A DNA stretch of 64,000 nucleotides, taken from positions 4,156,001 through 4,220,000 of the forward strand of contig CM052817.1 in NCBI GenBank assembly GCA_028534125.1. Direction: 5' to 3'. Each line of letters starts with the position of its first letter. Positions within the stretch are counted from its first letter, which is position 1. A program made the translations under genes and the position numbers. Origin of the DNA: Lama glama. Its lineage: Eukaryota. Positions 1 through 11,015 of this stretch are shown here, piece after piece. A model generated the notes under the pieces. That model saw only the letters and a program-made list of their open reading frames with translations, was not told where the DNA came from and did no database searches.

Positions 1-1289
1 GGGCCCAGGTCCCAACCCCGGCCACACCTACACAGGACCCCAGTGTCCCAGGCCACGCCACGCACGTGTGTGTGTGGGGGGGGGTTGTATGTGTGTAGCC
101 CAGGGACCAGGAGTGCTGCGCCCGCACCGTTGTGCACTGCCACCTGGATCCTCCCCTGCACCCCCCCAGGTTTCTTGCCTCCCAGTGCGAAGAGAGGAAA
201 GAGCTCATAGTCCAGAACTCCAACCTGCTTAGTCATAAATCCTGGTAATTAAACCCAAGGAGCCTGCAGTGAGGATGCCCAAGAAGGGCTTTTTAAACTG
301 TAGCCATGACTTACTAGGAAATCTTGAAATCATTTTTGTGGACTGTGCCCAGCAGTTTTTAAAACAGGAAACAGTAAAGAAGACAAAGGGTCAGAATGAA
401 CCCCTGAAGTAGGGGGACTATTGCGCACAGATTTGGTTTTCATTCTATTTGTGTGTGCTGGGTCACACATGAATTCTATTTCTCTCTGTGCCTCCTTGAA
501 CAAAGGCTGGCTCAGGTAATTATGTTTCAGCTCCGCTGGCCAGGGGGCACTCCCAGGCACACTGCATAAGCGCAGACACCACTCCTGTAGTCTGAGGGCA
601 AGACGGTCCCATGGTGAGCCCCATCACCCCAAGCAATTTGGTATTTGGTTTCCCTGGGTTACATCCCGCAGAGCCTGGGCCCAAGGCGCCTGGAGGCGCC
701 TGCCTGGAGAGCCTTGGTGAGCAGACCTGGAGGGAGTCAGATTTCAGTGCTCAGGCGTGGGCTGTGGGGGTCAGGGCGTCTGGAAGGAGGCACCACTGAG
801 CTCTGAGACCTGGCCTCTCTGCGTCCAGGACCACTCCAACAGCATCCTCCTCCCCATCCCCATTCCACCTGGGACCGTGGCCTGGGGACCTGTACTGCCA
901 GCTCCCCAGTGGGACATGAGAAACCTACCCAACCTGACCCAAACCCAACCCAGTGTCGGGTGGATGGAGTCACCATAGCAAAGAGGCCTCGCCATGGGGA
1001 CGAGTGTGAGACAGTCACCATGCTTGGCACCTGGCAGGTGTTATTGTCACCACGTGTCCCAGGAAGGATCCTGACAGAGTAGTTGTCAAAGCCAATGGGC
1101 ACATCCATGTCCAGAGCCCCTGCAACACGCAGACCCCATGCAGGGTGCCTTATAAAGTGCAGCTCCTTGGTCCTGGCAGGAATGCCACCAGGTGTTGGCA
1201 TCCCCATTTTACAGAGCAGAAAACTGAGGCTCAGGGAGGAAGTGCCTTGTTCAGGGTCCCACAGCTCCCCCAAAAAACCTGGCTTCTCT

Positions 1290-2345
1290 TTAGCCGTCCC
1301 TCCCCATCCCCCACCCCTCCCCCAGCCCTAGGCAACCACTAATGTGTTTTCTGTCTCTACAGATTTCCCTATTCTGGATATTTCATACAATATGTGAGCC
1401 TTTGTGAGTGGATTTTTAACTTACCATGTTTTCAAGGTTCATCTACATTGCAGCACATATGAGCACCTCATCCCTTTTCATGGCTGAATAATATTCCACT
1501 GCATGGATAGACCACAGTTTATTTACCCATTCATCATCAGTTGATGGACACTTGATTGTTTCCACTTTGGGGCTACCGTGAATAATGCTGTTATGCACAT
1601 TTATAATGAAAGCAGCTCTTTTGCCCCCTTCCTGTTTGCCCATCGCTATCCCCCTCTAGGCTTAAAAGAACCCAGTTATAGGAATGAGATCACTAAGCAG
1701 CTAAAACTAACTCCTGACCTGTGCTCTCCCAAATGCACACCACACCCTCTCTGACCTGGTGATTCTTTTCCTGGATAAAAAGAATGAAGAATGAAGCAGT
1801 TAAAGAGTAATTAGCTCTCTACCCTCAACAGCCCCCTTAGCAACCCTGCAGGCAGACAGATCACTCGGCCAAGATAGCGTCTGAAGAGAGAGTCCGCCAG
1901 TCTGCACACAGTGGAGAAGGATGCAGAACCCAGCCTCCTGCCTCGATGAGTCACTGAGATTCTTCTTCCCATTTTTCCCTTTTAAAATTGTCATGGCTGA
2001 GCAGAATCTATGGAATTGGTCTCTGGACGTGAATCCACCCTCTCCCCAGACTGCCAGCTTTTCTGATTAAAGCAACTTTCCTTTCTACTGACACTTACCT
2101 CTTCAATTACTGGCTTTTGAGCCACAAGCAGCCAAACCCGAGTTTGGTAACAATAATGTAGGGTGAACATACATTTTCAGTTCTGTCGGGTACACCTCTA
2201 GGAGTGGAACTGCTGGGTCATGTGGTAACTTCATGTTTAACCTTCTGAGGAACCACCAGACTGTTTTCCAAAGCGGCTGCCCCATTTGAGACTCTCACCA
2301 GCCATGAATCACGGTTCCTCCACCTACTCTCCAATGCTTGCCATT
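1290..2345 (-). mobile_element. Old L1 (L1MB-like) 3' end fragment, split by a solo LTR
   Basis: Typical antisense L1 3' UTR/ORF2-end text (ggcaaccactaat...ggctgaataatattccact...gttgatggacactt...). It resumes at 2157 (gagtggaactgctgggtcatgtggtaac). The 2103..2285 ORF resembles the L1 ORF2 C-terminus (QPLWKTVWWFLRRL). Confidence 0.85.
1607..2152 (+). mobile_element. ERV1-class solo LTR (MER39/MER41-like), 546 bp
   Basis: TG...CA termini (TGAAAG at 1607, TAACA ending 2152); 4-bp TSD ATAA at 1603-1606 and 2153-2156; ATTAAA at 2066-2071; it interrupts a continuous L1. Family name from memory. Confidence 0.8.
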
Positions 2346-2599
2346 ACTCATCTGTTTGATGGGGTTTTGAAAGATGAAAAGGAGTGAGACTGTAGCACAG
2401 AAAGGTGGGAAGGCCATTCCAGAAGAAGGGCAGCTTGAGGGGAGAGGCAAAGAGACTGCAGAGCAGGGAGCTATGGGGAACCAGGATCAGTTTGAGATTC
2501 CTGGGAAGTAAGGGGGGAGGCAGGAGTTCCTGACATGCTGCTGCCCCCAAGCTCATCATAACAACAGTGGGCACCCAGAGTGTGCCGGCCACGGGGTGA

Positions 2600-2765
2600 G
2601 GCTGTCACAGCATTAACTCCTTGCAACAGCCCTATGAGGTCAGTATTATTATCATTATTCCCAGTTTTTCACTGGAGGAAAAGAAGGCAGTGGGTGGCGA
2701 ATTCACCCGAGGTGACAAAGGCAGTAAGTGGCAGAGCAGGGACTCAGACTCAGGATCTTACTGGT
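2600..2765. mobile_element. MIR SINE
   Basis: MIR core (aacagccctatgagg...attattcccagttttt...gtaagtggcagagcaggg). Confidence 0.7.
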
Positions 2766-2924
2766 GACAGGGCACTGCCCACCTAAGATGTCACCAAGGT
2801 GGGGATGTCTGTCATCACCATGGAAACGGGACATCAAGTATTAGGATGCCAGAGCCACCTGCGGAGGGAGAAGGCAACTCAGCGGTGGCCCAGGAGTGGC
2901 TGTGCCAGCGCACGGGCGCGGGGC

Positions 2925-3055
2925 TCTGTCTGGGGTGATGGAAACCTTCTAAACTTCACTGCAGTTGTGATTACGCGTATTTGTGAATGTACTGAAGACC
3001 ACTGTCGGTGGGTGACTTTTATGGTACGTGAATGAGATCCTAGTAACACTGTGAA
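2925..3055 (+). mobile_element. Old L1M 3' end fragment
   Basis: ggggtgatggaaac...ttttatggtacgtgaat resembles an L1MB/MC 3' terminus. Confidence 0.6.
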
Positions 3056-4049
3056 AAGACAGGGACTTCGGCCGCAACTGCTCCACACCCTGGTTTTGGT
3101 GAGAGGAAGTGGAGAACGGGGAGGGGACAGTTGAGCTTCCTTGGGGCGGTGACAGCAGGAGCAGGTGGTCCCTGGGCTCGCTTTCACCTTGAGGGGTGGG
3201 GTGAGCCCAGGGCAACAAGAGGCATGGGAGGTCTGGGGTCTGAATGGATGTGGGGCCAACCCCCTCCGGTCAGAACCAAGACTCAGAGACTGTGGCCACG
3301 AAGCCCTGCTTTCCAGCAACATCACAGCAATAAAAGCAGGCGAGGAAACGCTCTCAAGAGCCTGACCATTAACATAAAAGCTGTAGGCGGTTTAGAGGGA
3401 CTTGCAGCGAGGCGTGCCTGTGTCTGTTTCCCTTTAAATAGTAACTGCAAAGGCCCTCAGAGAGTTACCCGGAATCAAGCCACACTTACCTACAGCCTCA
3501 CGGTCCCCCAGACACGTGACTTTATAGCTTCTGAAATGAGCCTTGCCCTCTCCAGAGGGCGATTTACACAGTATAACTCGAGGCACCCGGAGCACGCACG
3601 TTACACTCAACTGCAGGTAAGGAGATGCGTTTTTATCTTCATTGCCCTTGTTCACCATAAACAAGACGTTACTGAAAACAGTTACCGTACGAACACCAGA
3701 CTTAGGGCGAGCCTCCCGTATACACGTACATTTCTTTATCAAATGTTTATTGAGAATCTATGACAAGCAAGCGATGTGTCCTAAACCATGTGGCCCCTTC
3801 CTTCCAGGAGGGCAGGCTGGTGTGTGTGTGTGTGTGTGTGAGCATGTCTTGTGTCTCTGTGTGCATGTGCACCCACATGTGCTTCGGGCTGATGGTGACA
3901 GTAGCAGGGGATGACAGTTACTAAGCCAAGGTTATATACGGGAGCCTCAGGAGCCGCTCGCCCCTGCCTGGGACCAGGAAAGACTCCGTGGAAGAAGTGA
4001 AGTCTCGGCTGCAGCAGGCCTGCACGAGGCTCTGGTGTCCCTCCTCAGA

Positions 4050-4185
4050 AGAGCCCTGTGAGGCAGGCAATTTCCAGCTTACTTTACAGATGAGGTAGTG
4101 GAAGCACAGAGAGGTTAAGTAACTGGCCCCAGGCCACTCAGCAAGTATGGTGCAGAGAAGGGGTTTAAGTCAGATCTATTTCTGT
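4050..4185. mobile_element. MIR SINE
   Basis: tttacagatgagg...gcacagagaggttaagtaact core. Confidence 0.75.
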
Positions 4186-4419
4186 TTTAACAACAACAAA
4201 GAATAAGTGGGAAAAAATATCACCCCTTAGTCTAGCAGCTGACATGATTGTCTTCATTCTTCATGGGTCTTTCCTAGCCCCAGAGCACACCCCTGATTTT
4301 CTGCAGTTCTAGTCCTTGGGGGGCCTCTCTTTGCGTTCCTCGGGTCTCCTTTCACTTGAATGCAAGATATTTCGAAGCAAAGATATTGTATTAAGCCATA
4401 TACTTCAATTTCTTTGGGA

Positions 4420-4720
4420 CAGAACTCTGTCTTGTTTTTTCTGTGTCCCTAGTACCTGGCTCGGTGCCTGAGAAGGAGTCAGTGCCCAAGAGTTATTTGT
4501 TGAACACATTCATTTATTCATGCACTCGTCCAACAAATATACATCAAGTGCTGGCTCTGAGTGCCAGGTGTGGTTCTAGACTCAGGGGATTCTGCAGTGA
4601 CTAAAGCAGGCAAAAAAAAAAAAAATCCCCAAACAAGAGGAGCTTATATTCTGGTGGGAGATAGCAAACAACATAGATGGGCAAATAAAGTGGCAACAGG
4701 AGATGATGGAATCACAAAGA
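4420..4720. mobile_element. Two L2 3' ends, tail-to-tail
   Basis: Sense L2 end (cctggctcggtgcctg...tatttgttgaa) abuts an antisense L2 end (ttcatttattca...caacaaatat...gtgccagg). Confidence 0.65.
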
Positions 4721-5838
4721 GAAATAAAGATGGGCAGGAAGACAGGGAGGGGCAGGGGGTATGCAACTGTGTATAGAGTGACCAGGGCTGGCCACGCCTT
4801 GCCTGCTGGGATAGTCAAGGAAGGAGGTGCCCTGAGACTTGATGTGCCCTCCCCAGGGTGCACAGGTGGCAGGTGTGGGTGATAAGCATGTGTTCGTAAA
4901 GAAAAGGAAGAGACTCGAAGAAAGGGACAACTTGCATTCCCTGTATCCATGTGTTACATTTTCTAATAACGATTTTCTCTCAGGAATTTTGGGTCCAAAC
5001 TGCTCTTTAATGAATGGTATTTGTAAAACATATTTGCTGTAAATATAGCCCCGTACTATCTTGGCTTTATGAATGTCTCAAGGTTTGCTAGCATACCACC
5101 TGAGGGAAAAAAAAAGGAGTTCAGTTAAGCAAGACCTGAGTGAAGTGGGTGTGCGAGCCGTGCAGTGGCAGGTACAGAGCACTGCAGGCAGGGACGGTGC
5201 TGTGTTCAGGCCTGGCAGCCACAGGGCCGGCAAGCTCTGGGGAGCAGCTAAGGAAGCAGTGGGGCTCCAGGAGGCACCGAGGCCCCCAAGGAGGGGGGCC
5301 CAATCACATGTAAGAGCTGACATTCATGCGGTGCCAGTTCCTGGCTCGTAACAGGCTCTGGAAAAATATTATTTTTTCATGTCTTATATCTCTGTCCACC
5401 AGTGCAGGGGGCGCCATTGTCACAATATGGGGCTGCCCTGTTAATATGGGTTAACTAGGAGGCAAATCTGTACATAGTTCCCTGAAAGACCCCATCCCTC
5501 ACCCCCAAAATACACCCCCACCTAGCATGAAGACAGTTTGGTTAGATCCTGTCTTAAACTTAGATTTAAATGACAAGGTGGCTCTGGGCTGCTGATCAGT
5601 GAACTCCTAGCACAGATGGAGTCAAAGTCTGCATTTGCCTCGCTGCACTGAGCTGGTTACCTATGAGGGTCTGTAGGCGCTGCTTCCCCAGCAGGTGTTC
5701 CCTCTTATTATGCAGGGAACTGAATAACTGCTGGCAGTACAGGTCGTGGTTCTCATCCCCTTGCAGACAGAAATGGTTTCCCATGAGCAGGGAGGAGGGA
5801 CAGGGATCTGGCCTTCTCTGACTATAAAATTAGCTTAA

Positions 5839-6391
5839 TAGCCAAGACATGGAAGCAGCCTAAATATCCATCAACAGATGACTGGATAAAGAAGATGTGG
5901 TATATTTATACAATGGAGTATTATTCAGCCATAAAAACAACAACATAACACCATTTGCAGCAACATGGATGTCCCTGGAGAATGTCATTCTAAGTGAAGT
6001 AAGCCAGAAAGAGAAAGAAAAATGCCATATGAGATCGCTCATATGTGGAATCTAAAAGAAAAAAAATCATAAATACAAAACAGAAACAGACTCATAGACA
6101 TAGAACACAAACTTGTGGTTGCCAAGGGGGCAGGGGGTGGGAAGGGACAGACTGGGAGTTCGAAATTTGTAGATACTGACAGGCATATGTAGAATAGATA
6201 AACAAAAATATACTGTATAGCACAGGGAAATATATACAGAATCTTGTGGTAGCTCACAGCAAAAAAGAATGTGACAATGAATATGTATGTTCATGTATAA
6301 CTGAAAAGTTGTGCTCTACACTGGAAATTGACACAACATTGTAAACAGACTATAACTCAATAAAAAAAGTTTAAATATAAAATAAAATAAA
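5839..6391 (+). mobile_element. Young 5'-truncated lineage-specific L1 with A-rich tail
   Basis: ORF2 end plus 3' UTR, (AAAAT)n tail, and an identical 15-bp flanking duplication ATAAAATTAGCTTAA at 5824-5838 and 6392-6406. Confidence 0.9.
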
Positions 6392-7414
6392 ATAAAATTA
6401 GCTTAAAATAGCAGATGAGGCAGACTGGGTACTGCTAGTCCCTTTTCCGCCTGTGGAATCACTGGCCAGCTTGAGGCTTTCTGAGCACAGCTGAGGACTT
6501 CAGCGCATCCCAAGGCCCCTGTCAGCAGGCAGGAGAGAAAGTGCTGGCAATGTGGCAAAGAGGGTAAACAGGGAGGTTTTGGGAACTGGTGGTGGTGTCC
6601 GAGCGAGCCCACAACCAATGCTGAGTTTTCCTTAGTTTCGAAGAGTTTGCTTTGAAATCCTGAACAAAACGAGCTCTATGACTAAAGGTCAGAGATGTGT
6701 CCTTTTATCCAAAAAACCCCACCTGTAGGTACTTACTAAAATAACCTGGAGGTGTTTGTATACCTATGGACTCTTCCTGGAAGGTGCACTAGAAACTGGT
6801 CACAGTGGATGCCTTAGGGATGTGGGGTGGGGGAGGGGAGCGAGGGACTGGGGCTCTGGCCTCTGAGCAGGACCCACATCTCACTGTAAACCTCTGTGCA
6901 CTGTTTACTTTTTATTTTTATTTTTTTGTTACCATGCAAATATATTATTTTTTAAAGAAAACACATTTTAAAGACATATAGCTGTGTGCATTTGCTTATA
7001 TGTTTTTGTTGAGATGTAAAAATGCCTTAAGCTCTGACAAGAGATGGTTCCTGCCACGAAGTAGAAGTGTCCCCCCGCACCTCCGGCCCCGAGAGCCAGC
7101 CAGGAGCTGACCATGCTCAGGACACCCTGCTGCTCATCCTGTTTCTCAAGAATCCTCTCCTTTACCCCAGAGACGTGCCCCCGGTCTGGAAGAGTGGTTG
7201 TGCGGTTTCTTCCACCCTCTCTGTGAGACCGCCCTCTGCCTCTCACTGAAGGAGCAGAACAACCTGCTAAGAGGCTGGGGAGGCAGGGCCCCCAGGGCTC
7301 CAGCGAGGGGAGAACAGGAGAGTGAGTGGAGGGAGGGAACTTCATGGGGGGGAAGAGATCACTGTGGAGAATGGACCCCAAGGCCCACTGAAATATCAGA
7401 GTGAACATGCAAAC

Positions 7415-7864
7415 TGCACTACACCAACTAAAAATTTCACACCCTCCCTTTCGCTTATAGAAATCAAACAATAGAAGTCTATTCTCTCATAGTTCCACAT
7501 GCCAGTGTCTGAAATCAGCCTCATTAGACCAAGACTGCAGTGTGGGCAGGGCTTCGTTCCCTCCAGAGGATCTGGGGAGAACCGTTCCTGCCTCTTCCAG
7601 CCCCTTCTGGTGGCCGACAGGTTCCTTGGCTTGTGGCCGCATCCCTCCAGTCTCTGCTGTGGCCACGTGGCCTCTTCCTCTTCTGTGCCAAATCTCCCTC
7701 TGCCTCCCTCTTGCAAGGACACTTGTGTCTCTCAAGACCCCTAACTTAATCACGACCTCAAAGATCTCCTGGTTTTTTTTTTCTGTCATGTAAGTTAACA
7801 TTTACAGGCCCGGGGATTAGGACCCAGATACGCTTTGGGACAGGCCATTTCTCAGCCTCTCACA
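7415..7864 (-). mobile_element. MaLR LTR (MLT1C/D-like)
   Basis: Antisense MLT1 text (ttccttggcttgtggccgcatccctccagtctctgc...aaggacacttgtg...). Confidence 0.75.
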
Positions 7865-8820
7865 CCAAGTGAGGGTGATTGTTTTAAAAACCATATTCCA
7901 CCCCTCTCCTTCCACACTTACATCAGTTGCTGAGACGTCAAGGCCTCGCTCTTCAATTCAGTTTCTGGGGAACCTGTTCCTGATGGAGAAACAAACAGCA
8001 TCACCTTACAAAGCATCTGTCTCTGAAAAGGACTCAGGCTCACTGGGGAAGCGTTGCTTAGAGGGTCAGATGTGCTTTCTGAGGCTGAAAACTGATCCTA
8101 AGGCTTCCTGCTGGAGGGTCAGTGCTTGAAAATCCCCACAAGCCAAGAGGAAACACCAGATACCTGTGACTTCAATTTGTCAACACCTGACCAGATGCAG
8201 CGTGAGGATCAGAGAGAAACAAGGAAACTATAAACAAATCACGTTTCATTAGCACATTGGAACCTTGGCAGTATTTTCTTCAAATTGGTTATTATAATTA
8301 TACTTTTACACAGTCAACTTTTTTTTTAAACTGCTGTTTTAAATAAGGCAGAAACACAGCTTATTTAAAAACCAAGTTCTCTTGGAGCGGCCTTTCTTGG
8401 TCACACACTGGCTTGTCACATGATGACAACATACAAATAATTACAAAAAACAAGGCGTCAGCAGATCTCCGGCTTGGCTGAAGGGTTAAGCAAGATGAGG
8501 TGTTCTCTGCTGAGTCTGACAAATGGCATTTTTAGGGAGAAAAACATGAACAGGGAATGACAGCTGCTCATGGGGGACTCTTGACCTGAGGATTCAGGCC
8601 ACAGTCTGTTCTTAGCTTGACATGAGGACCAGCAGCCTCACAGCTCTTCACAGAGTGGAGCCGCCCAATTCCCTACTCTGCTCAGTGGGGTGAGAGCATC
8701 CGCGGATACTAATTATATGCTAGCCCAGCGGGTTCCACTGCTTATTTTATCTGCAGGTGCCTGATTGAAAGCAAATGTTAAGTGGAAACCCAATAAGTGC
8801 AACGAGCTGGAGTGGAGCTG

Positions 8821-9020
8821 CCTGTGGACCAACTTGGCTTGCTGTTTGTTTTTGTAAATAAAGTTTTATTGGCATATAGCCGTGCCCATTCATTTACATA
8901 TTGTCTATGGCTGCTTTCTCACTGTAACCATTGAGTTGAGTGGTTGCAGCAGAGACCACAGGGTCCACAAAGAGTTAAGTATTTACTATTTAGTCCTGTA
9001 CAGAGGTTTGCTGATCCTCG
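8821..9020. mobile_element. MER58A (hAT-Charlie MITE)
   Basis: Diagnostic tttgtaaataaagttttattgg...catttacatattgtctatggctgcttt. Confidence 0.85.
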
Positions 9021-9649
9021 CTCTGGATGGAGCTGTGGTGGGGGCCTCATGCCCCAGAGCAAAGGGAGGAGGTACAAAGTATGAACACTGAATTTGCTGT
9101 CACCAGGCACTGAGCACAACACTCATTCTGGTTTAACTCACTTGATCTGCACCAAACCTCATGCAGAAGGTCCTGTTACAGCCCCACTTTTCATAGGAGG
9201 AAACTGAGGCACAGAATGTTTTAGTGATTTGTGCAAGATCACAGAGCCAGGATTTGAAGTCAGGCATTTGGACGGCTGAGCCCCTCCCTACCTTGACCAC
9301 CACAGGGGCAGTGCTCAGCCTGGCCCACATAGGAGTGGGGTGGGGGGCAGAACTGATGGGCTGTGCTGGGATGACTGGGGATGCTGGGCAGCTGTGAGCC
9401 TGGAGAACGTGGGAAGAACCCTCAGGATGATGGTGGATGGACCCTGTACCACCCGTGAGGACGCCAATGCTGCCCTGAGGGTGCGTGCCCCTTGGAGGGG
9501 AACGTGCCACAGGCGGCGTGGCAGCCCTGAGTCTGAATGTAAAATGGGCCCCTGGGGTCACTGCGGTTGATAAGACGATGAATAACTGGAAGTGCCTTCT
9601 ATGGTGAAGGCAGGGTCAGCAGACGATAAACGGAGTTCCCTCCCGTTTC

Positions 9650-10040
9650 TGCCTTAGGTCTGCCCCCCCGCAACCCCCACCACCAAGAGGCACCTCTGAG
9701 ACAAGGATTTTGGTGCAAGCGGTTCTGCGGGGACAGTGATCCCAGGAAACTGATAGGGGAGTGGGGAAGTGGGTCAGGGAAGGAGAGAAAACCAGGAGGG
9801 GGGCCTTGCCGAGCAGGGACCACTACAATCAGTGGGTGCAGTCCCACTAGGAGCCTCTAGGAGGCGTGAGGGACACACCTCAGTGCCCTGCGTGGAGGGT
9901 CAGGGGAGCCGCGGGTATTTCTCCGCCATTCTTGCGTGCACTGGTTTAGGGATGCTCAGTGCATTAACTTCTGGCATATCCGGTGTGACTCAGGCCAGGC
10001 GATGCCGGGGCCTGCGGTAGGACGCCGTTGGCACATGGGA
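9650..10040. mobile_element. LTR33-like ERVL LTR
   Basis: ctgagacaaggattttggtgcaag...gtgatcccaggaaac...gggagtggggaagtg resembles the LTR33 consensus as remembered. Confidence 0.65.
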
Positions 10041-10068
10041 GTGGTAGATGCTTCAGGGACACAGCTCC

Positions 10069-10216
10069 CAGTGTAATCAGAGTGTGGTCCCTGCACCCGC
10101 ATTATCGGCAGCACCGGGGCTTCTTGGAAAGGTAGATATCAGACCTGTGGGGTCAGAACCTGCGTTTTATCAAGACCCCCGGTGATCCAGGGCACATTTG
10201 AGTTTGAGAAGCAGTG
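10069..10216. mobile_element. MER5A (hAT-Charlie)
   Basis: agtgtggtccc...ggtgatcc...agtttgagaagcagtg. Confidence 0.7.
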
Positions 10217-10435
10217 AGTTCCGTAACTGGGGGTTCCTTCCCTCTTTCTAAGAACTAAAAGGTAAGCGCTGGCCCAGCACTGCCTGACGGTTCTCTGACC
10301 TCCCGAGCAGGAGGGAGAGCCTTACCTCAACTTTAACCAGACACACGATGTGTTTTAACCCGGACAAAAGAGTCACAGAGGAAGACCACGATGCCAGCTG
10401 CTTTGTGCAGGGCCTGGCTCTCCCCTCTCCCCCAG

Positions 10436-11015
10436 ATTTACTGAGGGGTAATTGACTAATTTTAGAAGTATATATTTAAAGTGTTCAAAGCTGATGATTG
10501 GATATACGCATACCTTATGAAACGGTCACCACATTCAAGTTAATTAACACACCCATCACTTCACATAGTTACCTTTTGTGTGTGTGTAGTGAGAGTACTT
10601 ATGATCTACTCTCAGTGAGTTCAGTACACAATGGGGAAAGGATAGTCTCTTCAATAAATGATGTTGGGAAAATTGGATAACCACATGCAAAAGAATGAAA
10701 CTGGACCCTTATCTCACACCATCACGAAAATGAACTTGAAATGAATTAGACTCCATGTAAGATCTGAAACCAAAAAAGCTTCTAGAAGAAAATGTAAGGA
10801 AAAAGCTCCTAGAAACCGGTCTTGGCAATGATTTTTTGGACATGACACCAAAAGCATGGCAACAAAAGCAAAAATAAACCAAAGGGACTACATCAAAATA
10901 AAAAGCTCTGTGCAGCAAGCCATCAGCAAAATGAAAAGTCAACCTACAAAATGGGAGACGATACCTGCAAACTGTGCATCTGACAGGGGGTTAATATCCA
11001 AAATATGTAAGGATG
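10436..11015. mobile_element. L1MA-type fragments: antisense 3' end joined to a sense ORF2 segment
   Basis: 10436-10620 is an antisense L1MA 3' UTR. 10625-11015 is sense ORF2 (translation ATKAKINQRDYIKIKS). Confidence 0.8.

Noticed and set aside
535..552. CTCF-like CCAGGGGGCAC (also AGGGGGCGC near 5405)
   Set aside because: The 5' half of the motif mismatches; too weak to call without data.
3131..3763. 210-aa ORF
   Set aside because: TTG start, no recognisable homology, and it runs through splice-donor motifs.
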